From Bythopirellula sp. (lineage in GTDB: Bacteria > Planctomycetota > Planctomycetia > Pirellulales > Lacipirellulaceae), in NCBI GenBank assembly GCA_965216565.1, contig OZ244170.1, positions 2,944,001 to 3,008,000 on the forward strand: DNA of 64,000 nucleotides. Reading direction: 5' to 3'. Shown here piece by piece: positions 32,201-41,508 of the stretch. Positions within the stretch are counted from its first letter, which is position 1, and each line of letters starts with the position of its first letter. The notes beneath the pieces are model-generated. The model ran no database searches, was not told the DNA's origin, and was given only the letters and a program-made list of their open reading frames with translations. The translations under genes were made by a program, and so were the position numbers.

Positions 32201-32782
32201 AAAAGCGAGCGTATCGCCATGCACTTCGGGGCGACGCCATTGGTCGGCCAGCGAGCTCTCCCACTGATCGGACGCACGCCAACGCAATTGCTGAAGGGCC
32301 GGCGTATCGCCAATCATGGTCCGCACGCGCTCCAGAACTTCAAAGGTTGTGAGCGCTACCTTGGCTTCGGCATCGTTGGCGATCGCATCGATACGGGCCA
32401 TGTTTCTGTTGCGGCGCGGGGGATATGCGGGAACCGCTGTCACCCCTGCATACAAACAGCCAAAGAACGCGGCAACAAAATCAAGGCCCGAGGGATATAG
32501 CAGTAGCGCACGCTCCCCCTCTAAATCCATCGCTTGCAAACCGGCCGCTATGGCACGGGCCTTGCGATCGAGGTCGGCGTACGACCATTCGATTTTTTCT
32601 CGTTCGCCGTCGACGAGAAAACGAAAACCCACGTCATCGCCTTGGTGCAACGCGCGGTGTTGCAACAATTCGATAAGGTTGGATGGACCAAAGAAAGAAC
32701 CGGGAAGATGGTCGAGATGCACTGTTGTCTTTTTCCTGAAGGCAGGCTTAGGCGGGGATTTGACCAAGGTCACTGAGTGCAA
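29225..32782 (-). CDS. Fatty acyl-AMP ligase-ACP-alpha-oxoamine synthase fusion (start may be GTG 32722)
   Basis: LQYTSGSTGTPKG, PCYGLAEATL, LRTGDLGF, PKTSSGKIQR; ACP LGLDSL; SYNYLG, DEAHS, GTLSKSFG (PLP Lys). Confidence 0.9.
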   Translation of the reverse strand: MHSVTLVKSPPKPAFRKKTTVHLDHLPGSFFGPSNLIELLQHRALHQGDDVGFRFLVDGEREKIEWSYADLDRKARAIAAGLQAMDLEGERALLLYPSGLDFVAAFFGCLYAGVTAVPAYPPRRNRNMARIDAIANDAEAKVALTTFEVLERVRTMIGDTPALQQLRWRASDQWESSLADQWRRPEVHGDTLAFLQYTSGSTGTPKGVMLSHANLMHNSAMISYAFEHTRSGTGCFWLPLYHDMGLIGGILQPLYMGRPNTLFSPTHFLQKPVRWLQMLTQSGSTISGGPNFAYDLCVDKVTAEQKKTLDLSRWSLAFNGAEPVRADTMQRFSEAFAECGFRKEAFYPCYGLAEATLIVTGGFKQAEPTIKKVTTEALEKNEIVEAGPDEENYRSLVGSGGNLLDQQIVIANPDSCQHLGENQVGEIWVAGPSVARGYWKRPELTQETFQARLSDGRGPFLRTGDLGFLSDGELFVTGRLKDLIILRGVNHYPQDIEHTVQDAHEHVESGAGAAVVVGEEGQERLVIIQETIRQRHLDYASIIEAIRKKVAIVHEISVAGVVLIKARSIPKTSSGKIQRHAARDCYLAGTLSVLASWSLETGEVEITPSVRRQRASADEITWVEEGDVAEVDDTDIESLTELEEVNGTIPASVESAQSAPQPTSHRSGRSLEIAEIVYEKVREIGRERVGELNWDTNIVELGLDSLERVEIIAALEETFGGRFPEQVLPIMETCGEVVEAIEEHMGGEIKGKPPRPASCIVPEEDYVFEKGAEYCRLQDNLRSVEATGLPNPFFNVHQGITNDRTSIDGKEYINFCSYNYLGMSGDPAVIEAAQQAVGKYGTSVSASRVVSGQKTIHLELERAIADFIGTESSVVFVGGHSTNETTIGHLFGAGDLILHDALSHNSIVQGAMLSGARRRPFPHNDWQDCNRILEDVRHEYRRVLIVVEGVYSMDGDYPKLPKFVEIKKKHKTFLMVDEAHSIGTMGLHGRGMSEHFDMNPSDVDIWMGTLSKSFGSCGGYIAGSNALVEYLKFTAPGFVYSVGLSPPNTAAALAAIRLLQEEPDRVAKLSENSRLFLNLAKQAGLNTGLSNNTPVVPVITGNSANAVKLSHALFERGINVQPILYPAVEESAARLRFFITSTHTEEQIKRTVEAVAEEMTRIDQEWKNGKVSTPHLRSSSMSETL

Positions 32783-33392
32783 TCACTCACTCTCTTGGCC
32801 AGCTACTGAACAAGTCCGTCCCTGGAAATAACTTTCTGCGTTTTTCGGTGCTGTTTGACTTCGCGATGCGCAATCCTTGATTGTAAATAGCAGTCGACTC
32901 AGAAGCACCCCCTGCAGGAGGGATTTCACACATTATACCTCAACAAAAGAAGCCGACAAATGACGCTACCACCCTAACTGGCCACAAGCAAATCACTTAC
33001 CTACCTATGTAAAAGATTTCCATCAATTCAGAAATGCAATGCACAAAGAACATCTACAGTGCTTTCACATTAGCTAGCCATTCCATTTACCGTGGCCGCT
33101 ACCGCAAGGTTAACCCGCATATTTTAGTGTCAATCGACCCTTGTATAAGAGCGATCGCCTCTGTAGCGACAGCAACGTCTGCGAACTTCGCGGCTACTAC
33201 TCAGCTACTCAGCTAAGGCGGTGCTGTGGGTGGAGCTTGATCGCGAGCTTACGATGAGAATGATCTCATTAGTCAATCTAGTTGGACAAAGCAGCACCGA
33301 TTGGCTTGCTGTATACGCGTATTGCGTAAATAATAGAGACACCACAAGGTAATCCATAATTCCATCTCACATCCTATTGAAGGAGAAGAGCC

Positions 33393-33581
33393 TTGCTGAC
33401 GGAAAACGAAGTTTCACGTAGCTGGAACAGACTGTTCAAAGATGGCACGTTTTCGAGTGATGCTTTCGATAGCGCCGAAGAAATGCTCGATGAGCTGCGT
33501 GCCGAAAGTCCACTAAGACATCGATTGAGCAACGAACTGGAGGAATTAAAAAAACTCCACGCCGCGCGTCTGGAAGCATAG
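33393..33581 (+). CDS. Small hypothetical protein
   Basis: AAGGAG RBS before TTG; LRAESPLRHRL motif; followed by a terminator. Confidence 0.7.
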   Translation: MLTENEVSRSWNRLFKDGTFSSDAFDSAEEMLDELRAESPLRHRLSNELEELKKLHAARLEA

Positions 33582-33662
33582 CCTGCCATTGCTTGGCTTC
33601 GCTATTGAAGACAACCAGCAATCTACGAAACTAGAGGGCAGACGTAACTATCTATTCATTAC

Positions 33663-33704
33663 AAAACGACGGTGAGCTTCATGAGAAGCTCACCGTCGTT
33701 TTTT
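33663..33704. terminator. Bidirectional intrinsic terminator
   Basis: AAAACGACGGTGAGCTTC-ATGA-GAAGCTCACCGTCGTTTTTT perfect stem between convergent genes. Confidence 0.85.
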
Positions 33705-33750
33705 GTGCGCTAGTGACTCAGCTTAATTGTCGAGGCTTAATAGACAACGC

Positions 33751-35277
33751 TTAGTAGACAACATCAAAGCCAAACGTCACGCCGTTGATTAATATCTCTT
33801 GCGTGCCGCCATCGATGAAACCCATATTCGGCAACGTGTAATCGACCTGTTGCGAGGCTCGACGGACGTTATCGATAAACAGCGCGTTATAACCTAGCTT
33901 CGCTGAGATTGAATTCGTGACCTGATAGCTCGCCTGAACTCGCATCTCAACCGTCGGCGAAAAATCTTCGTCGCGGCGGCCATGATTGGAATATGTGGGT
34001 GGAAAATAGAGAGGGTGATTATGCTGACCTGTAATCAAGTCCTCTCCCAGTGCAGCGGTCTGTTCCCAATTTTGAATATTGTACCCAAACAAAAACCGAC
34101 CACCCCAATCCAGCCGAATGCGATTGTGTTGGTGCAACCATCGCAACGCCACCTGAGGACCTATCAAGTTATTGTCGATTCTAGTATCCCAAAAGCTTCG
34201 CCCCAGGACACCACCTTCAGCATCCACTAGAAAGTCGTCTCGCAGTCGCAAGTAACGCACGCCATAGCTCATCTCTAGCTCGTTATCTTGATGTTTCACC
34301 ATGTGATGACGATTGGTCAATCGGTGTGTTCGCATAAACTCAATGCCCGAAGTGGTTGTTGAGTTACGGACAAAAACAGATTGAAATGAAGTCGGAAGTA
34401 AGACAAGGTCGTCTAGGTCCGCAGGCGTTCCGCCGACCAGGAAACTATCAGGAATTTCTCCTGGATCCTCGAGATCGAAGCCATCTGGACCAAACTGCCC
34501 GTCTCGATCGATATCATCAGCGAACCCATCGCCGTCTAATACGCCATCGCCATTATCGTCTGTTTCCAAAGCACCACCCGGTATTCCAGAGAATGTGCCA
34601 TCGACCAAATCCAGGTAACCCACCATAAGGTTTTGAGGGTCATTAAATACGATTAGCACAGAGCCGAGCGGACTCAGGAGTTGGTTGGGGGCACCCGGGA
34701 ACCGACTTGGCAAACCAAGTGGAGCTCCAGTGACAGTATCATCTTGACCCGTAAGACCAAAACCATAAATCTCTTCTTGAATCGCGACCGGCCCATCAAG
34801 GATACCGACCAGCCAGCCTGAGTTCTTATGGAAGTGCCCGAACTCATAGCGTTCTCCCCAGCCGAATGTAGCCCGCGGAGGTGAGTTTTGAATTCCACTA
34901 GGTAACATCGGTGGAGCGATGAAATTAGGATCGTTCAGATTGAAGAATACATCTTCATCATCGCCATTTGGATCGACTTCAAAGGGACGACCACCTACAA
35001 AGTTTCTCCACGGGTTTGTGGATGCATTACTCAAATTGGTCGTACCTAACACAGACCGCTCGCCCGTGACCGCCCAGTTCAGCTTGTCGTAGTGGAAGAA
35101 GTATCCACTCGACCGGCGAATTGGGGTCCCATCGAAGTCGATGTCGACCGGCGAGAAGAACTGTAGCTCGTGGTCGGGTGTATCCACCCAGTCATGAAGC
35201 TGCGCACTTGCTGTTGCCGCGCCGAAGGAAATCATCAGGCCGACAAGCAGCCACGTTTTGAATCTGTAGACAGTCAT
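33751..35277 (-). CDS. Outer-membrane beta-barrel protein (BBP7-like)
   Basis: Signal peptide; GVRYLRLRDDF, NNLIGPQ; alternating beta-strand C-terminus ending in aromatic Y. Confidence 0.75.
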   Translation of the reverse strand: MTVYRFKTWLLVGLMISFGAATASAQLHDWVDTPDHELQFFSPVDIDFDGTPIRRSSGYFFHYDKLNWAVTGERSVLGTTNLSNASTNPWRNFVGGRPFEVDPNGDDEDVFFNLNDPNFIAPPMLPSGIQNSPPRATFGWGERYEFGHFHKNSGWLVGILDGPVAIQEEIYGFGLTGQDDTVTGAPLGLPSRFPGAPNQLLSPLGSVLIVFNDPQNLMVGYLDLVDGTFSGIPGGALETDDNGDGVLDGDGFADDIDRDGQFGPDGFDLEDPGEIPDSFLVGGTPADLDDLVLLPTSFQSVFVRNSTTTSGIEFMRTHRLTNRHHMVKHQDNELEMSYGVRYLRLRDDFLVDAEGGVLGRSFWDTRIDNNLIGPQVALRWLHQHNRIRLDWGGRFLFGYNIQNWEQTAALGEDLITGQHNHPLYFPPTYSNHGRRDEDFSPTVEMRVQASYQVTNSISAKLGYNALFIDNVRRASQQVDYTLPNMGFIDGGTQEILINGVTFGFDVVY

Positions 35278-35704
35278 AGGTTCCAACTATCCTTGTTGGA
35301 GCACCAGCCAGTGGCTGATGCAATTCAAATGGTCAATGCCCTCGCACTCATCGATTGAGGACTCTCCGTGCCGGTAGTATCGGATTTGTGAGTCGTGCCG
35401 GTTGAGTAAGATCGGTAAAGTCTGACGAAAATACCGGCAAACCAACGCGAGGTGCTAGCAACAGAGCGTTCCTGACGGCGTGGTTTCAACCGACCGCTAG
35501 TCAGGCGAAACGCTACCAGCGAAGCGTATTTCTGCTTTCGCAGGCACCGTTCGTTTGTTCCCCTCGGAGCCAAGGGATATACTTCTGCTGGACCATTGCT
35601 AGCGACGTTGCCGGAGTCTTTGAGCCGTCTGCGGCCGCTAGCGAATGCCGACAGTTAATTCATGGGGTTTGCTTCGAGTCGGACCGCTAAGCGGTGCGTT
35701 GAAT

Positions 35705-35726
35705 CCGGAGGCAGGTGTGCCTCCGG
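35705..35726. repeat. REP-like palindrome, family C
   Basis: CCGGAGGCAGGTGTGCCTCCGGCT followed by GAGTGAGCT, as in the 21613 copy. Confidence 0.75.
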
Positions 35727-35796
35727 CTCGAGAGTGAGCTCCAACCCTTTGAAATATCGCTATACCAGCAAGCACGAGAATTCATCCGAGGCCAAC

Positions 35797-36759
35797 ATGT
35801 CTAGTTCTTTTCCCATCAGCGTCCGCCTTTTTCAATTGTCCTTGGCTACAGTTTTTAGCTGCTGGTCGGCAAGTGCGTACGCCCAAGCGGCCGTCCTAGA
35901 ACAGCCTCAAGAAAAGGAACAAGCCGAAGCGACTCAGGATGCCCTGGGCGAACATTGGGTCCGACTCAGGCAGGACGACAACAAAACTCCCGTGGCGCTG
36001 GAAATAGCCATTGTTCGCTACACAAAACCAGAACTTGCCGAGCAGCCTCCTGGGAAACTAAGAGAGTATGTCGACCTGGTCGGAGCCGTCCATATTGGCG
36101 ATCGCCAATATTATAGAACGTTGAACCGTCGGTTTCCCCAGTACGACGCCCTGCTCTACGAACTCGTCGCCCCGGAAGGTACGGTTGTCGAGAAGGGACG
36201 TGGCACGTCGAACATTCATCCCCTCGGGGCCATGCAGAATGCAATGAAAAATCTGCTCGAGATCGAGCATCAACTCGAGCAGATTGACTACACGAAACGA
36301 AATTTTGTGCACGCCGACTTTTCGCCCGACGAATTCGCCCAATCGATGAAAGACCGCGACGAGGGCTGGGTGCAGCTCTATTTTCGTCTCGTGGGTCAGG
36401 CACTGGCTCAGCAAAGCGAACAAGCCGCCCAGGGGAACTCAACCGACCTCGATATTCTCTCCGCACTGATGTCCAACGATCGAGCGCGGCAACTGAAAAT
36501 TGCGCTGGCCAAGCAATTTGAATCGATGGAACTCATGCTCAGCAGCTTTGCAGGTCCCGAAGGCTCGACGATTATTACTGAGCGCAACAAACGCGCCCTG
36601 GAAGTTTTGAAAAGAGAACAGAAAGCTGGCAAACGCCGGCTGGGGGTTTTCTACGGGGCGGGACATCTTTCGGACATGCATAAACGGCTCATTGACGAAT
36701 TTGGCCTGACACCTGTCAGTATCGAATGGGTCGAAGCCTGGGACCTACGGGCCAGATAG
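35797..36759 (+). CDS. Secreted TraB/GumN-like protein
   Basis: VGAVHIGD, LLYELV, ERNKRAL and FYGAGHL motifs. Confidence 0.65.
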   Translation: MSSSFPISVRLFQLSLATVFSCWSASAYAQAAVLEQPQEKEQAEATQDALGEHWVRLRQDDNKTPVALEIAIVRYTKPELAEQPPGKLREYVDLVGAVHIGDRQYYRTLNRRFPQYDALLYELVAPEGTVVEKGRGTSNIHPLGAMQNAMKNLLEIEHQLEQIDYTKRNFVHADFSPDEFAQSMKDRDEGWVQLYFRLVGQALAQQSEQAAQGNSTDLDILSALMSNDRARQLKIALAKQFESMELMLSSFAGPEGSTIITERNKRALEVLKREQKAGKRRLGVFYGAGHLSDMHKRLIDEFGLTPVSIEWVEAWDLRAR

Positions 36760-37080
36760 TCGGTGGTAATGCAAATCTCCGCCTGAATTATTAAGCGCTG
36801 AGCACGAAGTGTCGCAGCGTGCCGCAGAGAAACTATCGCGAGCCGTGTCGTCCCCGACCACGGCTCACTCAGGATTTTCCCGAGACAAAGACTCGGGCAA
36901 ACAACTCATTTCCCTCGCTATCTTGAACGAACTGCAGATCCACTTAGCTCAGATCCGTGCTATTCGTGGGCAAAAGACGCGGCTGCTGAGCCGTTCCATA
37001 CCGGCTTCACGCCGAGCCCTTAAATTGCTAGAATTGAGCGATTACATAAGCAATTTTTCTCAGTTCAGGAGAACCCAGCC

Positions 37081-37179
37081 ATGGCGAAGCCAGGTCGAAA
37101 AGTTAAGAAAGCCAACCACGGCAAGCGCCCCGCGTGTAGCCGCCCTCGTAAAAATCGCCGTCAAAAGGTGAAGACCTAG
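37081..37179 (+). CDS. Putative 50S ribosomal protein bL37-like, 32 aa
   Basis: AGGAG RBS; MAKPGRKVKKANHGKRPACSRPRKNRRQKVKT contains KANHGKRP. Confidence 0.8.
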   Translation: MAKPGRKVKKANHGKRPACSRPRKNRRQKVKT

Positions 37180-37189
37180 AGCGACTTGC

Positions 37190-37285
37190 GAGTCGAGGAA
37201 AAACTTTTTCCTCGGGTTCCTCGCCCATTTAGGGAGAGGCTAGGTGAGGGAATCTAAGACGCAGGAAGCCATTCTTGCTTGATTC
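37190..37285. repeat. MITE/REP-like element, family A, copy 4
   Basis: GAGTCGAGGAAAAAC ... GGGAGAGGCTAGGTGAGGG ... TTCTTGCTTGATTC. Confidence 0.65.
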
Positions 37286-37363
37286 CCAACTCGAAATCTG
37301 CTCCTTGCCAAGGCCGATCTTGGGCAGCAGGCCCGTCTTGAATCTAGTGAGTGAGTTTGTTTG

Positions 37364-37876
37364 GTGGCAGGCAAAGAATTCATTGTTGATCCGAGTACGT
37401 TCGACTTCTCCAAAGTCGTCGCGGACATAGAAGAAATCCGTCGCTACAATCGGCAACGCGACGAGATGGAACAGCTCACCGCCATCATCCATGACGATCC
37501 CGAGACCGGCACCGTCATTGGCTACAAGGACAACACCGACCAAGAGTTTTGGTGCAAGGGTCACATGCCCGACTTCCCGTTGATGCCGGGAGTGATCATG
37601 TGCGAGACTGCCGCCCAAGTTTGCTCCTACCATTCTTGCAAACACGATTTGCTCGGCTGCGAAGTCGTTGGGTTTGGCGGGCTGGACAACATCAAATTCC
37701 GTGGCGTGGTGCTACCCGGCGATCGGCTTACCATTGTCTGCAAGATGACCAACTTGCGACGCGGACGCATGATTACTTGCCGCTTCGAAGGATTCGTAAA
37801 AGAAAACTTAGTCTGCGGCGGAGAAATTCGCGGCATCCCGCTCCCCGTCGACGAGCTCAAAACCGAAGCGAATTAG
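37364..37876 (+). CDS. 3-hydroxyacyl-ACP dehydratase, FabA/FabZ family
   Basis: FWCKGHMPDFPLMPGVIMCE, IKFRGVVLPGD. Confidence 0.85.
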   Translation: MAGKEFIVDPSTFDFSKVVADIEEIRRYNRQRDEMEQLTAIIHDDPETGTVIGYKDNTDQEFWCKGHMPDFPLMPGVIMCETAAQVCSYHSCKHDLLGCEVVGFGGLDNIKFRGVVLPGDRLTIVCKMTNLRRGRMITCRFEGFVKENLVCGGEIRGIPLPVDELKTEAN

Positions 37877-37926
37877 CTGAACCTTTTTTGGGTCTTCAGG
37901 TCATCTTTTTCAGCCATACAAGTGGC

Positions 37927-37987
37927 TGTGATCCCGAGGTCTGCCGAGGGATCTGGCCAGATTCCTCGGCAGACCTCGGAATGACAT
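37927..37987. repeat. REP-like family B, full palindrome
   Basis: TGTGATCCCGAGGTCTGCCGAGGGATCTGG-CCAGATTCCTCGGCAGACCTCGGAATGACA long hairpin. Confidence 0.8.
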
Positions 37988-38161
37988 TAAGCTTCGCGCT
38001 TGAGTACTTATCCTTGAATACTCGAAAGGGTTCAACTAGCATTCAGCGGTAAGCTGTTCGTTGTCGAAAATCGAAAACATCAGAAAGTTATTTCTCCTCG
38101 ATTCTCCCACCACTCAGCGTTTCCCAACTCTGAAATCCACATTCCGAATTGCACAATCACA

Positions 38162-38806
38162 ATGGGTCGACGCGCTCTCCCAAAAATCGACACCCGCCTG
38201 GATCTTTCGCGTCACTTCACCACGGTCGACGAACTGCCGGAGCCTTGGGATGCGGCGTCGCTGTTTCCGCGCTCGGCCCCGTTAGAAATCGAAGTCGGTA
38301 CCGGCAAAGGGCTCTTCTTACAGAATGCCACCATCGCGAATCCTGCGCACAACTTCCTGGGTATCGAAGTCTCGCGTAAGTACGCGAAATTCGCCGCCGC
38401 CCGACTCGCCAAACGGGATATCGACAACGGAGTGATGGCCCACGGCGATGGGCTGCGGGTGTTCCGCGAGTTGCTTCCCGACAATTCGCTCGCCGCCGTG
38501 CATGTCTACTTCCCCGACCCCTGGTGGAAAGCTCGGCATCACAAACGCCGTGTGCTAAATGAGGCCTTTTTGAAAGACGTCGTCCGTACCCTGCAGCCCA
38601 AGGGCAAGCTCCACTTTTGGACCGACGTCAAAGAATACTACGATGCCACGTTGGAACTAATCGCCGCGCACACGCCTTTGGAAGGCCCACTTGAAGTGAG
38701 CGAAAGTACGCCGGAGCACGACCTCGACTACCTAACCCACTTCGAACGCCGCACCCGGCTGAATAACGAGCCGGTGTATCGCTCGGAGTTTCTCAAGAAC
38801 ACCTAG
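38162..38806 (+). CDS. trmB: tRNA (guanine-N7)-methyltransferase
   Basis: LEIEVGTGKG, NFLGIE, YFPDPWWKARHHKRR, THFERR. Confidence 0.93.
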   Translation: MGRRALPKIDTRLDLSRHFTTVDELPEPWDAASLFPRSAPLEIEVGTGKGLFLQNATIANPAHNFLGIEVSRKYAKFAAARLAKRDIDNGVMAHGDGLRVFRELLPDNSLAAVHVYFPDPWWKARHHKRRVLNEAFLKDVVRTLQPKGKLHFWTDVKEYYDATLELIAAHTPLEGPLEVSESTPEHDLDYLTHFERRTRLNNEPVYRSEFLKNT

Positions 38807-39170
38807 TCCGCTTAAGGCAGGTGTCGCACCTAACGCAGTCTGAAAAGAATTAGGTGGGTGCCATAGCAACGCGGCGGCACACCGATTGGATCGATGTAAT
38901 ATCCTCACTCTCGGTGGGCCTGACGGCGCCACCCTACTTGTGATGCCCAAGGACCTCGGCTTTATCGCCCCGAAGCAACGATCTCTGTGCCCTCGGTGTT
39001 CTCTGTGGCTATCAATCACCATCCGCTCGATGGTCTGATGTTTATCGGTCGCGGCGGTTGCGAGGTGATGCAATGCTTACGCATTCTGCATCACCTGGTG
39101 GAATCCCTCACCGAGTGCAAAACAAAATGCCTGAGCCGATGGCGCTAGCCACGGGTAAATGCATTTGGCT

Positions 39171-40751
39171 CTACCCGGGCAACGTCTCATAGGTCCGCGT
39201 AGAGCTTTGCGAGTCGCCGCCTTGAGAGTTTTCCAGCGCGATGTCGTAGAGTTTTTGGCCCCAATGCGTGGGGTACTCGCCGGTGACGCACGCCTGGCAA
39301 AGTTGGTCGGCCGGTTTGTCGACGGCCAGGGCCAACGACTCCACCGGCAGATAGCGCACGGAGTCGGCCCCCAGTTCCTTGGCCATCGCGGCAAACATTT
39401 CCTCTTGGCTCTGATCTTGTTTTTGAAACTCTGGGGCGAACAACTCGCCAATGGTCGACATGTCGATCCCGTAAAAGCACGGCGCGGCAATAGGCGGGCA
39501 GGCTACGCGAACATGAATTTCCTTGGCACGTCCGATCTCGCGAATCTTCGAGATCAAAACTCGCATGGTTGTCGACCTAACGATCGAGTCTTCTACTAGC
39601 AAGACCCGTTTGCCCTCGAGCACCTCGGGAAGCGCGGTATATTTGGCCGCGGCTTTGGCTTTGCGATTTTCGCCCCCTTCGATGAAGGTTCGACCGGAGT
39701 AGCGGTTGCGTATAAGACCTTCGATACTAGGCACGCCTAAGCGGAACGCCATCGCATCGGCAGCGGCTTTGCTGGTATCCGGCACGGGCACAACTACAGT
39801 ATTTTCGTCGCAGTCCAAGTCCTCGAGCCGAGCCAGTTCTTCGCCAAGGGTTTTTCGGGCCAGGTACACACTGCGATCGTCCAAGGAACTGGCGACATTG
39901 GAGAAATAAATCCACTCGAAAAAACAGTGGGCCCGACGGGGATTTTCGCTAAATCGCTCGATCTCGATTTTGCCATCGGAAATGGTAATCGCGGTGCCCG
40001 CTTCCAACGACTTTACCGACGAGGCGGGAATGCCCAGATTCACCAGTGCCACACTTTCGCTCGCCGCAGCGAACAGCGGACCTTCGATGGCGTAGCACAT
40101 CGGTTTGATCCCCAGTGGATCACGGGCAATCAGCATTTCGCCCTGGGCATTGAGCATTGCCAGGCAATACGCACCATCGAGCCGCGTCGCCAGGTGACGC
40201 ATCACGTCGATCAACGGCAAGCGACGATCGCCGGAAAGCTCGCGACTGATCTCGTGCATGATGATTTCTGTATCGTTGGCGCGGGCCAAGTGATGATCGT
40301 CCTCGGCGAGCAGCTTGTCCCGCAACAGCGCGAAATTGGCGAGTTGTCCGTTGTAGGAAAAGCTGAACCACTTGTGTTTCTGCAAATGGTGCCGTTCGAA
40401 GGGCTGTGCGTAACTGCAGTCCTCCTCGCCACAAGTGGCGTAACGAACGTGCCCGATGGCGGCGCAACCGGCGTACTCCCGCATGAGGCTTTCCGCTTTG
40501 CCGCGATGGTTCAAGCGAAATGCCTGATTGACGGTGCCGAGCTCGCGGTAAGTGTCGATCAATTGTTGACGGTGCGGATTGTAAGACGTCATGCCCGCGG
40601 ATAGCTGGCCGCGATTTTGGATGTCGAGCAACATCCGCGGCATCAGCCGCGACACTTCCTCCGGCCCCTGCGGAGGACAGAGCGGAGAGGTCTCGCCAGT
40701 TGGCAAGTGATAGACGGCAGCCACACCGCACTCGTGATGCAATTCGCTCAT
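39171..40751 (-). CDS. purF: Amidophosphoribosyltransferase
   Basis: HHECGV (Ntn Cys), [34 protein letters not shown]. Confidence 0.95.
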   Translation of the reverse strand: MSELHHECGVAAVYHLPTGETSPLCPPQGPEEVSRLMPRMLLDIQNRGQLSAGMTSYNPHRQQLIDTYRELGTVNQAFRLNHRGKAESLMREYAGCAAIGHVRYATCGEEDCSYAQPFERHHLQKHKWFSFSYNGQLANFALLRDKLLAEDDHHLARANDTEIIMHEISRELSGDRRLPLIDVMRHLATRLDGAYCLAMLNAQGEMLIARDPLGIKPMCYAIEGPLFAAASESVALVNLGIPASSVKSLEAGTAITISDGKIEIERFSENPRRAHCFFEWIYFSNVASSLDDRSVYLARKTLGEELARLEDLDCDENTVVVPVPDTSKAAADAMAFRLGVPSIEGLIRNRYSGRTFIEGGENRKAKAAAKYTALPEVLEGKRVLLVEDSIVRSTTMRVLISKIREIGRAKEIHVRVACPPIAAPCFYGIDMSTIGELFAPEFQKQDQSQEEMFAAMAKELGADSVRYLPVESLALAVDKPADQLCQACVTGEYPTHWGQKLYDIALENSQGGDSQSSTRTYETLPG

Positions 40752-40920
40752 GGGGGCAGGATTCAGGTAAGGGTGGGGAGAGCGTTGGTCGCGACATCCG
40801 AGTCGCGCTGTTCACACGCTCGATTCTACGCCCGACACGGATTTCCCTCAACGGGCCCACGCAGAAAGGCAGATTCTGGCAACTTGCCGATTATGGAGGC
40901 AGTTGTGGTATAATCCTCAT

Positions 40921-41508
40921 ATGGCAACTACAGGCCCATCCTCCGCAAGCTTTCCCGATGTCCAGTCGCTCCATCGCTTCAGTTCCAGCGACTATCTGCA
41001 AATGGTCGAGGCTGGGGTACTCGGTCCAGACGACCATGTCGAACTTATAGGGGGGATGATTGTCGAAATGTCACCTTCTGGTACGAAACACAATCATTTT
41101 TTGATTAGACTAATCGAGGCTTTTGCTCCATTAGTCGGCACGCATCAACTCTCTGTTCAGGGTACTTTGAGGGTTTCCGATGGAAATGTCTTTGATCCAG
41201 ACTTGATGCTGTTGAGGTATAGGGCAGATGGCTACAAAACAAATTTGCCGACAGCGGAAGATGTATTGCTGGTAGTCGAAGCAGCGGAATCTTCACTGAA
41301 AAAGGATTCGTCTCAAAAGCTTTCGGTATACGCGACTGTAGGAATCAGCGAATATTGGATTGCTGATCTAAAGGAAGAACAGCTATTGGTCCACCGCGAT
41401 CCCCACCAGACGAAGTATCGTTCGATGGAAACTTTGCCTAAGGAGGGTAGCCTGAGTCCACTGGCTGTCCCCGACTTCACTGTTGATTTGGCCAAGATCT
41501 TCGATTAG
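40921..41508 (+). CDS. Uma2 (DUF820) family endonuclease-fold protein
   Basis: VELIGGMIVEMSP...H, PDLML, LLVVEAAESS, YATVGISEYWIADL. Confidence 0.88.
   Translation: MATTGPSSASFPDVQSLHRFSSSDYLQMVEAGVLGPDDHVELIGGMIVEMSPSGTKHNHFLIRLIEAFAPLVGTHQLSVQGTLRVSDGNVFDPDLMLLRYRADGYKTNLPTAEDVLLVVEAAESSLKKDSSQKLSVYATVGISEYWIADLKEEQLLVHRDPHQTKYRSMETLPKEGSLSPLAVPDFTVDLAKIFD

Noticed and set aside
32783..33392. ncRNA or tRNA in the 610-bp divergent intergenic region
   Set aside because: No cloverleaf or recognisable riboswitch motif seen by eye; needs an Rfam scan
36809..37171. 120-aa ORF on +
   Set aside because: Runs through intergenic repeat sequence and overlaps, out of frame, the better-supported bL37-like ORF that has an RBS
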